Under the pieces are notes generated by a model that did no database searches, was not told where the DNA came from, and worked only from the letters and a program-made list of their open reading frames with translations. DNA of 64,000 nucleotides from Octopus bimaculoides (lineage: Eukaryota), in assembly GCF_001194135.2 (NCBI RefSeq), contig NC_068987.1:12187828-12251827 (forward strand), in the 5' to 3' direction. Shown in pieces: positions 25,151-37,800 of the stretch. Positions within the stretch are counted from its first letter, which is position 1. Each line of letters opens with the position of its first letter. The position numbers and the translations under genes are program-made.

Positions 25151-25671
25151 TTCGTCCCTTCCATTTTATGAATCCAGTATTTCACATGCACATTGCATGT
25201 TTATTACTTCTCTTTCTGGTTCTGACTCAAAACTCTTTACAGATTACAACCATGTCACAAACCTTGGCTGTGAGGAGCACTTCACACTCCAATGTATGTG
25301 AAAGAGTATTATGTAGAATATAAGTTTGAGAGAGAAAACAATTATTATATTATGAAAGTATGTGTAGCTTCCACTTGCAAGCAAGTACATATGCACAAAC
25401 ACACACACAATGGGCTTCGTTCAGTCTCCATTGCCCAAACCTACTTAGAATGCTGTGGTTGGCCCAAGGCTGATGTAGAAGGTACTTGCCCACAGTGTCA
25501 TGCAGTAGGAGAGAACCTGAAACCACATGGTTGCGAAGCAAATTTCATAACCACACAACCATATCTGCATGTTACACACACTACACACACACACACACAC
25601 AACATATATATATGTTTCAGCCACTTATTATGGGAGCACTTTGCAAATCCAAGACGTGTATATCAAATAGG

Positions 25672-25900
25672 TCATACAGACTCAAAGGGGCCAGTTTCCC
25701 ATGGCGTATAAACTCCCCACCTGGATTGGAAGCTGGTCTGTTACAGGATTAGTCATTTTTACCAGTGGAGTGGACTAGAACTATGTGAAATGAAGTGTTT
25801 TGTTCAAGAACACAATGTGCTGCCTGGTCCAGGAATTGAAACCACAATCTTATGATCATGAGCCCAACACTCTAACCATCGAGCCACGCACCTCCACAGT
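25672..25900 (-). mobile_element. Family E (V-SINE-like) copy; further fragments at ~4935-5070, 6180-6335 (+), 10890-11510, 52805-52910, 55385-55510, 63815-64000
   Basis: Shared gtggactggagcaatgtgaaatgaagtgttttgctcaagaacacaa...aatcgaaaccac...gatcatgag motif. Confidence 0.75.
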
Positions 25901-26604
25901 ATATCAAACAGGTATATTATAATCCTCAAAGAGTGAATAACAAAAGTTTTAATTCAGGAACAGTAGGCAAGTGTCTTCTACTATAGCCCAAGACACCAAT
26001 GCTTCGTTAATGAATTTGATAGATGGAAACTATGTGGAAGCCCATTGTGTGTATGTATATATATATATATATATGCAAGTGTGTATGTCTGTGTATTTGT
26101 GTTTGTTCCCCACTTGACAACCAGTTTGGTTCATTCTTTTTACTTGTTTCAGTCATTTGACTGTGGCCATGCTGGAGTACTGCCTTTAGTCAAACAAATC
26201 AACCCCTGGACTTATTCTTTTTTAAGCCTAATACTTATTCTATTGGTTTCTTTTGCCAAACTGCTTAGTTACGGGAACATAAACACACCAACATCGACTG
26301 TCAAGCCATAGAGGAGGATACAGACACACAAATACATACATACATATATACTGGAGAAGCAGGTTACTGTCAATCCCTATATATTTATGATTATACATAT
26401 ATATATATATTATGATTGACCGTTGACTGAACACTATTCAATTTTTTTTCTCCGTGTTTTTCTCCTTGTCTCCGTATTCTTTCTGTTGAAGAGCGTAGCT
26501 CGAAACGTCAAAGACTTTCCGTATTCCCGAGCGTCATACTAATATATACTTTTGTTATTTACACCACCTGTCCTCGTCTGTTGTTATTTTTTGTATATTC
26601 TCCC

Positions 26605-26658
<54 letters not shown>

Positions 26659-27032
26659 GTATATACATGATGGGCTTCTTTCAGTTTCCACCTACCTCAT
26701 CGACTTACAATGCTTTGGTCAACCCGTGGGTATAGTAGAGGACAGTTTCCAAAGGTGCCATGCAGTGGGACTGAACCCAAAACCATGAGGTTGAGCAGCA
26801 AGCTTCTTACCACACACCCACTCTTGCGTTTGTGTACATCTATATAATTTAGTGTTTAAGGGACTTATAGTTTACCAGACTTAGAAATAAAAACAATGTA
26901 CTATGGTTGATTTGTTTAATTAAAACCCTTCAAGGTGGTACCCCCAGTATCGCTGCAGTCCAATGATTGAAACCAGTAGAAGGAATAAGATTCAAATGAA
27001 GCGAATGCTGTATAAAAGGTTTTTCTACTTAC

Positions 27033-27147
27033 ATTCACACTTGTCATCCAGTTACGAACATTAACTAAGGAGTGCTCAGAAGTTACATCATACATAATCA
27101 AAACACCATCTGCCTTCCGAAAGTACTGCTTTGTGATGCTTCGAAAT
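27033..27147 (-). CDS. CRACR2A: CRACR2A-like Rab domain exon
   Basis: ttcaag|A TTT CGA...GTG AAT|gtaagt; 115 nt, 2->0; [38 protein letters not shown]. Confidence 0.96.
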
Positions 27148-28794
27148 CTTGAAATAAAGAAAACGTTTTTGTCTTAAATAACAGCAATGAACAATAAATT
27201 TCTACAATAGGCACAAGGCCTGAAATTTTGTGTGGGGTGGGGTGTCACATAACTAGCGCCTGTGCTGGTGGCACGTAAAAAGCACCTTTCGAGTGTGGGG
27301 CATTGTGGAGGCAATGACAAATGACCGAGACCTTTGACAACATGCTGTGCTTGAGAAGAAGACCCATCGAGCCAAGTGAAATTGTAGTCGTGGCAGATAT
27401 TGATGTCACACAACTGGCACCTGTGCCAATGGCATGTAAAAGCACCCATTGCACTCTTGGATTGGTTGGCGTTAAGAAGGGCATCCAGCCATCTAAACCA
27501 TGCTGAATCAGACTGGAGTCTGGTGTCAGCCCTGATCTTGTCTCAACTTGCCAGCCCTGGTCAAACCATCCAACCCATGCCAGCATGGACAATGGGTGCT
27601 AAATGATGATGATGATGATGATATGGCTAGTTGATTACATTAACCCCCAGTACTCAACTGGTACCTACTTTATAGACTCCAAAAGGAAGAAAGGCAAAGT
27701 CTACCTCGGCATAATAATAAAATTATTATATGATAACAATATATAATAGTTCAGTTTCCATGCTTATCCTTACCCATGGTCATGAATGTTGGATAATGCC
27801 TGAATAATACTTTGTTTGATGTGTAAGGTAAGTGAGCAGGTTCGACAGAGTGCCACTGTTCTGAGAGAGAAGTTGGTTGCTGTGTGCAAGAGAAAAGACT
27901 GCTTCAGTTTTTCTAAACCCTGTAAAACAACTCGGAAAGTTGGGCTTCCAACCAGGCCTTTCATGATACCCTTAAAGCCAGGAACTTATCAGCACTCCCT
28001 TTTGTGTATACACACACACACACACACACACATATTTACAATCTCTGTCAACCTAGTTCCACTCAATGTATTTAGTTTGATCTCTGACTGTGGAAAAAGA
28101 TATTTGTCCAAGCTGTCATTCAGTGAGGTGAAGCTTGACATTTCGTGACTGCAACACAAATGTCTTAACAACTTGTAATACATTTATTCAATCAGGCATG
28201 AAACAGTGTCACACATACAATGAAATATGAAAGCCAGTCATACAATAAATGATTTGTACTAGTTTTGAAATATGAGGCATTCATCTACCATAACCTATAC
28301 TGTAAACAAAATCATATAGGCACAGACATGGATGTGTAGATAAAAAGTTCACAGTGTAATGATGTGGTTTTGAGTTCAGTTCAACTGTGCAGTATCTTGA
28401 GCAAGTATCTTCTACTATAGCCCTGGGTCCACTAATGCCTTGTGAGTGAATTTGTTAGATGGATAACATGAGGAAGCCTACTATGTATGTATGTGTATGC
28501 ATATGTGAGTGTGTATGTATGTATGTATGTATGTATGTGTATGTATGGATGGGTGTGTGTGTGCATGTCTTTTGTGTTTGTCGTCTACATCTCTGCACAA
28601 CTAGTGTTGGTTTGTTTACGCCCCTGTTACTAAAACAGTATGAGTTGAATTTGTTTAACAGAATCCTTCAAGGTTCTGCTCCAGCATGGCTGCTGTCCAA
28701 TGACTGAAACACATAAAACACAAGGATGCAATGTTTCATTAAATCTTACAACAGAAATATTCAGTCTATTTTTTACTATTATGGCCAAGTTCAG

Positions 28795-29015
28795 GGCAGC
28801 AAGCTGGCACAATGGGCAAACTGCTTAGTGCCAATTAATTCATTCATCTTTGCATTCAGAGTTCAAATCCCGCCAAGGTCGACTTTACCTTTCATCCTTT
28901 CGGGGTTGATGAAATAAGTACCAGTGAAACACTGGGGTTGATGAAATAAGTACCAGTGAAACACTGGGGTTGATGTAATTGACTTGACTCCCTCCCACCA
29001 AATTTTGGGAGGGAG
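28795..29015 (+). mobile_element. Family C SINE with internal 32-bp tandem duplication
   Basis: ggggttgatgaaataagtaccagtgaaacact repeated twice. Confidence 0.82.
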
Positions 29016-29329
29016 TGCCAACAACAACCTGAAACCACTCCTGGTTCCATAATATAAACTCCCTGTCTTAAAAAGAATGAAACTGAAATGTTTCATCAAA
29101 ATTTCATTTTAATTTATGTTCCAAACAGCAGCTTAACCCTTTAACACTCAGATCACCTTATTAAATGTAATGCTAATTTATTCATATTGTTTCCAGTTAA
29201 TCATACATTGTCTTGTAGCCTTCAGATTTTAATGTGATTGTTTAGTTTTAGAATGATATTGTAGGGTAGATGTGATAGACCAGATTTGCTCAGTTTGAAC
29301 ATAAAGCATGTAGAATATTTGAGTCAAAT

Positions 29330-29709
29330 GTTGGCACTCCATCGCTTACGACATCGAGGGTTCCAGTTGATCCGATCAACGGAACAGCCTGCTTGTGAAA
29401 TTAACGCGCAAGTGGCTGAGCACTCCACAGACACGTGTACCTTTAACGTAGTTCTCAGGGATATTCAGCATGACACAGTGTGACAAGGCTGACCCTTTGA
29501 ATTACAGGTACAACAGAAACAGGAAGTAAGAGTGAGAGAAAGTTGTGGTGGAAGAGTACAGCAGGGTTCGCCACCATCCCCTGCTGGAGCCTTGTGGAAC
29601 TTTAGGTGTTTTCACTCAATAAACACTCACAATGCCCGGTCTGGAAATCGAAACCACGGTCCTATGACCGCGAGTCCGCTGCCCTAACCACTGGGCCATT
29701 ATGCCTCCA
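29330..29709 (-). mobile_element. Family D SINE nested in a piggyBac-type MITE
   Basis: Reverse complement of the 10953-11331 element over its whole length. Confidence 0.87.
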
Positions 29710-29890
29710 CTTGGGTCGAATATGGCTGGTTTAAATGTTAAAGGGTTAATAATGACAAAAGTTATTTTACTAAATTCTTCATTATTTTGAAAATCACCTA
29801 AAATAAAGGCAGAGTATTTCAAGAGAAAATAAAACAGCAAAAGGGATTTTATGCATGATAAGATCACATTTGTATAAAACATGGATTTAC

Positions 29891-29972
29891 CTCTCTTGTC
29901 CTGCAGTGTCCCACAGTTGCAAAGCAAACAAATGGCCACCAACTTCAATGGATTTTATTCGGAAATCAACAC
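29891..29972 (-). CDS. CRACR2A: CRACR2A-like Rab domain exon (G3)
   Basis: gtccag|GT GTT GAT...GAG AG|gtaaat; 82 nt, 1->2; VDFRIKSIEVGGHLFALQLWDTAGQE(R). Confidence 0.96.
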
Positions 29973-30084
29973 CTGGACGTGCAAATGAATGAATGTTTAT
30001 TAGCTTAAGTTTAAATCTTGAAGAATTCGTTTTTTGGTTTAGAAATTTATTTTTCTATTACAGTATTCATAAATAGTAAAAAGT

Positions 30085-31265
30085 AAATTTCCTTCCCGAG
30101 TCATACAGACTCATAAGGACCAGTTTCCCAATTTCCATGGAGGCAAAGTGGATGATACCAGTGGCATGTGAAAAGCTCCTCTCAAGTGTTAGGCCTCATG
30201 GAGGCAACGAGCAAGATCTTTGGCATTATGGCGTGCTTGAGAAGAAGACCCATCAAGCCATGTAAAATCGCAGTCGTGGCAGATGCTAGCATCATGCAAA
30301 TGACACCCATGCTGATGGCACGTATAAGCACCCATTACACTCTCAGAGTGGTTGGTAAGAGGATGGACATCCAACTGTAGAGACCATGCCAAATCAGACT
30401 GGAGTCTGGTGCAGCCTTAAAACTTGCCAGCTTTGGTCAAACCATCCAACCCATGCCAGCATGGACAACAGACGTTAAATGATGATGATGATGACGATGA
30501 TAATATATTCCCCACCTGGATGGGATGCCAGTCTGTCGCAGAATTACTCATTTTTGCCAGCTGGGTGGATTGGAGCAATGTGAAATGAAGTGCTTTGCTC
30601 AAGAACACAAAGCGTCGCTCGGTCCAGGAATCGAAACCACAATCTTACGATCATGAGTCCAACTCCCTAACCATTAAGCCACACTGAGTGGACTGGAGCA
30701 ATGTGAAATGAAGTGCTTTGCTCAAGAACACAAAGCGTCGCTCGGTCCAGGAATCGAAACCACAATCTTATGATCATGAGTCTAACTCCCTAACCACTAA
30801 ACCACACTGAGTGGACTGGAGCAATGTGAAATGAAGTGTTTTGCTCAAGAACACAATGCGTCACCCCGTCTGGGAATCGAAACCACAATTTTATGATCAT
30901 GAGTCCAACTCCCTAACCACTAAGCCACACTGAGTGGACTGGAGCAATGTGAAATGAAGTGTTTTGCTCAAGCACACAAGGCGTCACCCCGTCTGGGAAT
31001 CGAAACCACAATTTTATGATCATGAGTCCAACTCCCTAACCACTANNNNNNNNNNNNNNNNNNNNNNNNNNNNNNNNNNNNNNNNNNNNNNNNNNNNNNN
31101 NNNNNNNNNNNNNNNNNNNNNNNNNNNNNNNNNNNCCACACTGAGTGGACTGGAGCAATGTGAAATGAAGTGTTTTGCTCAAGAACACAATGCGTCACCC
31201 CGTCTGGGAATCGAAACCACAATTTTATGATCATGAGTCCAACTCCCTAACCACTAAGCCATGTG
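30085..31265 (-). mobile_element. V-SINE-like element (family E), interrupted by a family A insertion, with tandemly amplified head
   Basis: V-domain-like GTGTTCTTGAGCAAAGCACTTCATTTCACATTGCTCC and CTGCGACAGACTGGCATCCCATCCAGG; 3' part at about 30085-30140. Confidence 0.75.
30565..31263 (-). repeat. 123-bp tandem array of SINE heads (at least 5 units, gap inside)
   Basis: Units start at 30565, 30688, 30811, 30934 and 31145; each has A box TGGCTTA(A/G)TGG and B box GGTTTCGATTCC on the minus strand. Confidence 0.9.
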
Positions 31266-31326
31266 TCACCATGTTCATGAATAAATATTTAAAAAAGAAA
31301 AGATAACAAAAAAAGACAGAATTTAC

Positions 31327-31444
31327 CTATTGTTGCAGCAAATGTTGGTTGAAAATCATCATTACAAAATCGATGAATGAAACTGCTTTTCCCAACACCT
31401 GAGTCACCAACAAAAACTATTTTGAACACTCTCTCTGGCGTTTT
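31327..31444 (-). CDS. CRACR2A: CRACR2A-like Rab domain exon (G1 P-loop)
   Basis: ttattag|AAA ACG...ATA G|gtaaat; 118 nt, 0->1; [39 protein letters not shown]. Confidence 0.96.
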
Positions 31445-31624
31445 CTAATAAATGAGAAAAAGAACAAAATAAAAAAAATTAAATAAAGGTGGTGCTCCAG
31501 CATGGCCACAGTCAAATGACTGAAACAAGTAAAAGAGTAGAAAGAGTAAAGAGAATATTTGAAATATTACTCAAAAATGATTTCATTTTAAAGTTTTGAC
31601 TATTATATTACAGCTTATTCAGAA

Positions 31625-32010
31625 GACATGGCTGTGTGGTAAAAAGCTTGCTTCTCAACCACATGGTTCTGGGTTCAGTTCCACTGCATGGCATCTTGGG
31701 CAAGTGTCTTCTACTATAGAATATAGGCCGGCCAAAGCCTTGTGAGTGGATTTGGTAGACAGAAACTGAAAGAAGCCTGTCATGTGTGTGTGTGTGTGTG
31801 TGTGTGTGCGTGCGTTTCTGTTTGTGTTTGTCCCTCCACCACCACTTGACAAACAGTTATCCCTGAAACTTAGTGGTTCAGTAAAAGATTCTGATAGAAT
31901 AAGTACCAGGCTTGAAATATAAGTACTGGGGTCCATTCTGCCAAAAATTCAAGGTGATGCCCCAGCATGGCCACAGTCTAAAGACTGAAATAAGTAGCAG
32001 ATAAAAAAGA
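31625..32010 (+). mobile_element. Family B SINE; other copies at ~9450-9620, 14920-15110, 22308-22730, 22905-23070, 25965-26135, 28318-28720, 36600-36870, 42045-42210, 57943-58230, 58830-59140 (+) and 26140-26830 (-)
   Basis: Same head, CORE-like segment, internal (TG)n and 3' end gctccagcatggccacagtc.aatgactgaaac. Confidence 0.82.
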
Positions 32011-32316
32011 TAAAAGAGTCGTTCCATATAACATATTAAGCTTAGATTACAAAATACAGTTAAGTTCCGAGATTTAAAATTTAGAACAAAAGCTACAAGA
32101 CATCCTGTTCAACGTTATAAAGACTCTGCTACTCTACTACTATAGACTGGTTATTCCTTTATTGACAGAAAGAATGAAAGACATAAGAACTGAAGTGAAA
32201 TTGCAGAAGACTTAAGGAGTGGGTACTGGTTAGTTCAATCTGTCATCAAAAAATATGTTGGACTGACAAAAGTTTGGGAAATGTTGTGTCACACAAAGGA
32301 AAATAAGCATACTTAC

Positions 32317-32350
32317 AGCAGACTCACCAGCTTTCCCTGCCAGGGAGTTC
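32317..32350 (-). CDS. CRACR2A: CRACR2A-like 34-nt micro-exon preceding the Rab domain
   Basis: ctttatag|G AAC TCC CTG GCA GGG AAA GCT GGT GAG TCT GCT|gtaagt; 2->0, bridges the phases of 39920 and 31444; a competing donor would end the exon at 32328. Confidence 0.72.
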
Positions 32351-32599
32351 CTATAAAGAAAATATCAATCAGGTTATTTCAAAGTTGCAAAACATCCAGT
32401 TAATGGTATATGGAGTACTGCTTTCTTCAATTACACTGCCAGAATGGCATAGTAAATAAAAGAGTGAAGGGAGGATGAATGATGAAGGGATCAAGTTGCA
32501 TGTATTCATGACATACATATGTCAAACTATCCAACCCATGCCAGCATGGAAAACACCTATTAAATGGTGATGACCATAATAATACACACACACACACAT

Positions 32600-32654
<55 letters not shown>

Positions 32655-33100
32655 NNNNNNNNNNNNNNNNNNNNNNNNNNNNNNNNNNNNNNNNNNNNNN
32701 NNNNNNNNNNNNNNNNNNNNNNNNNNNNNNNNNNNNNNNNNNNNNNNNNNNNNNNNNNNNNNNNNNNNNNNNNNNNNNNNNNNNNNNNNNNNNNNNNNNN
32801 NNNNNNNNNNNNNNNNNNNNNNNNNNNNNNNNNNNNNNNNNNNNNNNNNNNNNNNNNNNNNNNNNNNNNNNNNNNNNNNNNNNNNNNNNNNNNNNNNNNN
32901 NNNNNNNNNNNNNNNNNNNNNNNNNNNNNNNNNNNNNNNNNNNNNNNNNNNNNNNNNNNNNNNNNNNNNNNNNNNNNNNNNNNNNNNNNNNNNNNNNNNN
33001 NNNNNNNNNNNNNNNNNNNNNNNNNNNNNNNNNNNNNNNNNNNNNNNNNNNNNNNNNNNNNNNNNNNNNNNNNNNNNNNNNNNNNNNNNNNNNNNNNNNN

Positions 33101-33395
33101 NATATTTTATTCTGGACTGTTTTTATTCTGAATTCTACACTCTCCGGCTGCACCTCTCCTACCCACGGATTACACTGGACCTATCTACTGATTTGAAATC
33201 ACCGCAATATACCACGACGTCTAAAACTTTTGAACTTTTCCACTTCTCCTTGTTTTTCTCCTTATTTCTTTCTGTTGAAGAGCGTAGCTCGAAACATTAA
33301 AAACTTTCTCTATTCCCGAGCGTTAAACTAATACATCCTTTTGTTGTTTACACAACCTGTCCTTGTCTGTTGTTTTTTTTGTAAATTCTCCCATG
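33101..33395 (+). mobile_element. Penelope-like element 3' remnant; related copy at ~26410-26605
   Basis: ...LSGCTSPTHGLH... resembles the end of PLE GIY-YIG ORFs, followed by the shared ttgaagagcgtagctcgaaac terminal motif. Confidence 0.5.
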
Positions 33396-33403
33396 TAAAT
33401 ATT

Positions 33404-34650
33404 TTATAATTATATACATAATTATAACAAGAGATCAGCTTTACGCCTCACCATGCACTACAAGAAATACACGCTAAAGCCTCTATTACCACCTTAAAAT
33501 CTCCAAGAATAACACACTATATTGTAGGCGAGCTAAAGAAAAATAATGAATCAACAAGGTTCGGTTAACTGCATACAAGATCGTGTTTCAAGCTTAAAGT
33601 AAAAATATTTTACATACTGCTCTCAGCCACAACAGTATTTTTATTTCTACACTGACCACCTGGTAAAATTATTATTGATTTTATCCTTTTATTATAATTA
33701 ATATTTGAATAAATTTACTCCATGATTGAAACTGTAGTGTTTTATTCTCAGAGATTTTAAAGTAGTAACAGGGGCTTTAGCGTCTATTTCTTGCAGTATG
33801 TGGTGAGGCGTAAAGCTAATCCTTTGTTATAATTATGTATATAATCATAAAATATATAAAATATTTTGCAAAATTTACCTATGAGGTTTTTATTTCTGCA
33901 CTGATTATTAATTTTATCCCTTTATTATAATTACTATTTGAATAAATTTACTCCATGATTGNNNNNNNNNNNNNNNNNNNNNNNNNNNNNNNNNNNNNNN
34001 NNNNNNNNNNNNNNNNNNNNNNNNNNNNNNNNNNNNNNNNNNNNNNNNNNNNNNNNNNNNNNNNNNNNNNNNNNNNNNNNNNNNNNNNNNNNNNNNNNNN
34101 NNNNNNNNNNNNNNNNNNNNNNNNNNNNNNNNNNNNNNNNNNNNNNNNNNNNNNNNNNNNNNNNNNNNNNNNNNNNNNNNNNNNNNNNNNNNNNNNNNNN
34201 NNNNNNNNNNNNNNNNNNNNNNNNNNNNNNNNNNNNNNNNNNNNNNNNNNNNNNNNNNNNNNNNNNNNNNNNNNNNNNNNNNNNNNNNNNNNNNNNNNNN
34301 NNNNNNNNNNNNNNNNNNNNNNNNNNNNNNNNNNNNNNNNNNNNNNNNNNNNNNNNNNNNNNNNNNNNNNNNNNNNNNNNNNNNNNNNNNNNNNNNNNNN
34401 NNNNNNNNNNNNNNNNNNNNNNNNNNNNNNNNNNNNNNNNNNNNNNNNNNNNNNNNNNNNNNNNNNNNNNNNNNNNNNNNNNNNNNNNNNNNNNNNNNNN
34501 NNNNNNNNNNNNNNNNNNNNNNNNNNNNNNNNNNNNNNNNNNNNNNNNTAACCAAACCTTGTTGATTCATTATTTTACTTTTGCTCGCCTACAATATAGT
34601 GTGTTATTCTTGGAGATTTTAAGGTGGTAACAGGGGCTTTAAGGTGGTAA
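33404..34650. repeat. Complex foldback region with long inverted arms around an N gap
   Basis: ~33404-33515 is the reverse complement of ~33741-33850; ~33480-33570 is the reverse complement of ~34550-34640; direct repeat ~33640-33730 / ~33890-33961. Confidence 0.8.
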
Positions 34651-34808
34651 TATTCAGTACTTCAGTACACTCTGTAAAGTGGTTGGTGTTAGGAAGGACA
34701 TAGAGCCATAGAAACCATATCAAAGCTGTTATTGATGTTTGACACAGTCTTCTGGCTTGTTAAATCCTGTTCAATCATCAGCATGGAAGACAATCGTTAA
34801 AATGATGA

Positions 34809-34842
<34 letters not shown>

Positions 34843-37800
34843 GATGATGATGATGTATTTTGTCAAGTTTTACTGAAATAAATGAATAAATAAATAAATA
34901 GTTCTAAAACTCCTACGTTAACTAAACATATGAAAATTTGAATTGAAGAAACGGATTAATAAAAACGCATCTGCTATGATGCTCTAGTGATACTGCTTGG
35001 TCATATAAATAATATCTATTACTTGACTTCATGGAACAATAAACAAATACATAAATAAATAGATAAATAAATAAATAAATAAATAAGATTCAAAAGATAC
35101 ACTGAGTTTTGTTTTACTCATTCAAACACTGAAGATTTTACGTTTTACTTGTCTGGTAAAAGATGGATATTGTCAGTCTTTTGTAACATCAATTAACTTC
35201 TCTCAAAAGGGATTTACAGATATATTATATATGACAAACTTTCCTTATACTGACTAATTTAATCTATCACGGATAAGTAATTAGAGTTTTGTGCATTGCA
35301 AATAAACACACAATTTCTGATCTCATGGGCAATGTTTTGGTTAACATCGTAAATATACTGTTATGACATAAATTAAACCCAGTTAAATGTGTTTTGGTAC
35401 AAAACAAAGAAAGGAAGTTGTGTTGTACATAAAATGTATGAAATATATATTGTTAAATGCTTATATAAGTAAAGATTAGTACAAGCATGCAAGAAAATTT
35501 ACATCGATAACTGTCATATATATAAATATATTTAAGTCACAATAGTAACAGCTATACAAAGGTGTTAATAAACTGCTTTATATATGGATAGGCACAGGCA
35601 TGATTGTGTGGTTAAGAAGTTTGCTTCCCAACTTCTTAATCCAGGTTCTAACTACTAAATCCACTCACAAGGTTTGGGTTGGTTTGGGACTGTTGTAGAA
35701 GACACTCGCTTGAAGTGTCACACAGTGAGACAGAACCCAGAACCATCTGGTTGGGAAGCAAACATCTTATCACACAGCCATTCCTGCATCTATTAGTGGA
35801 AATTATTAAAAAAATATTTTTTCAGAACCTGTTGGGACAAGCAGGCAAGAAAGATTACATTGATGACTCTCATATATATAAATATATTTCAATCACAATG
35901 GTAACACCTACACAAAGGAGTTAATATACTGCTTTATATATGACCAGGCATAAGTGTGGCTGTATGGTTAAGAAGCTTACTTCCCAACCTCTTAATTCAG
36001 TTTCCATCTACCAAATCCACTCGCAAGGCTTTGGTCAGCTTGGGACTGTAGAAGAAGGCAATTACCCAGTGTCATGCAGTGGGACTGAACTTGAAACTAT
36101 GTGGTTGGGAAGCAAGTTTCTTAACAACACAGCCACATCTGCACCTATAAAAACATATTTAAAAATATTTTTTCATATTTTAAAACTAAGCAGTGATACA
36201 GATTCAAAGACCATATGTAGGACAAATTAAATGGAATAAAACCTTCGGTAGCACTTTGTATATATTAAAGAAATCCAACAGTAATAGCTGGACATTTCAT
36301 TTGGTTCTCTTTCTTGTGTGACCTGTATTTCTATTCATACTTAGAGTAAAAATACAAAAAAACTATTCTTTCTTCAATTGTATGTTAATCATAAAAGAAT
36401 TTAATGGAAGTATAATTTGTATTCTGTTACATGAAAAAAATATAGTATTGTTTCTTGATTATATTTCAAGAGAAAACTTACAGCTGTGCTTGGGGATATG
36501 TTTAGAAAGAGTTATATATCAAAATAAAATATTCATGAAGAATAACACAAAATATTTGGATAAACTAGTAAAAAAACAACAATAAAATCAATATATATAT
36601 ATAGGCATGTTTGTGTGGTTCAGAAGTTCACTTTGCAACCACATGCTTCTGAGTTCAGTCCTACATGTAGTATTATGGGCAAGTGTCCTATGCCTTGTGA
36701 TTGGATTTGGTAGTTGGAAACTGTGTGGAAACCTGCTGTGTGTGTTTGTGTGCACGTATTTGTCACCCCCACTGTTTGACAACCAGGTTTCATTTGTTCA
36801 ATTAAACCTTTCAAGGTGGTGCCCCAGCATGGCCACAGTCTGATGATTGAAACAAGTGAAGAATAAAAGGTAAAACAAAGTCACGCAATTATATTAAAAA
36901 AAATAAAGTTTTTCATTACATAATATTTTAATAATAAAAGTGCAAATATTAAAACAGAAAAAAAAAACAAAGTGATTTTTCAAAAGAAATTCAATTCCCT
37001 TAGCAATGGACATTACAGGAAAGATACTTTACATACTTTTGTGATATCCTCTTTTCATTATTACAATGTAAAGCATTTGGGTTCCTTTTTGATGAATGTG
37101 TATTTAGCTCTTGAAGTTCTCTAATGTAGAAAAGGAAATATTTCTTGCCATTTACTTGAACAATCAGACAGGGATGAACTGATATAAACCCACCTAATTT
37201 TTCCATTTTTTTTTTTTTATAATCTCTTGCTTGTGATATTTTTTATATTGGGTTCCATGTATGAATGTTCAAGCTAAATTGTTTTTAACAAACTCAAATA
37301 CACACACACCTACACAGACACACACAGACACAGACAGACACACACACAAAGACACACAGGCACACCACTGATTTTGGCAACTGTTGACTCAGTACTACTT
37401 TCAATCCAGACATAATTAAGCTAAATTTCTTGCAACCATTGTTAATAACATTTTTTTTACAATCAAGCCTTCATGACACACAAGTTTATTTGCTAGTAAG
37501 ATATCATGAAGATGGAAACATTCTCCATATACTTAACTATAATAATATAAAGATGTGGCTGTTTAAAACTAAATTTAATGTCACATGCTAACCCCTTAAA
37601 AACCCTAACTTCTTTCACTGCAAAGAATACAGTATCCCATTATGAAAAACACAAATGGGAATATTGTCCTCATCCTTTACAGTAATGCTTCAAATGAAGA
37701 TCCAGTAGGGGCCTAGAGTCAGAGTTAGATTATCACATGATTTTAGATTTTGTTTTAAATATTTGTGCCTTCATATTATTATAGTTGAAAGGTTGAGTGA

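Noticed and set aside
26484-26530. Hammerhead-like core (TTGAAGA...CGAAAC) in the Penelope-like repeat, also at ~33279
   Set aside because: C3 is replaced by U, stem III is mismatched and not conserved between the two copies, and no stem I pairing can be formed; at best a degenerate relic.
30565-31263. Regular array that could be mistaken for CRISPR or a tRNA gene cluster
   Set aside because: No unique spacers, the whole unit repeats, the context is eukaryotic, and the units continue into a SINE body without a complete cloverleaf or terminator.
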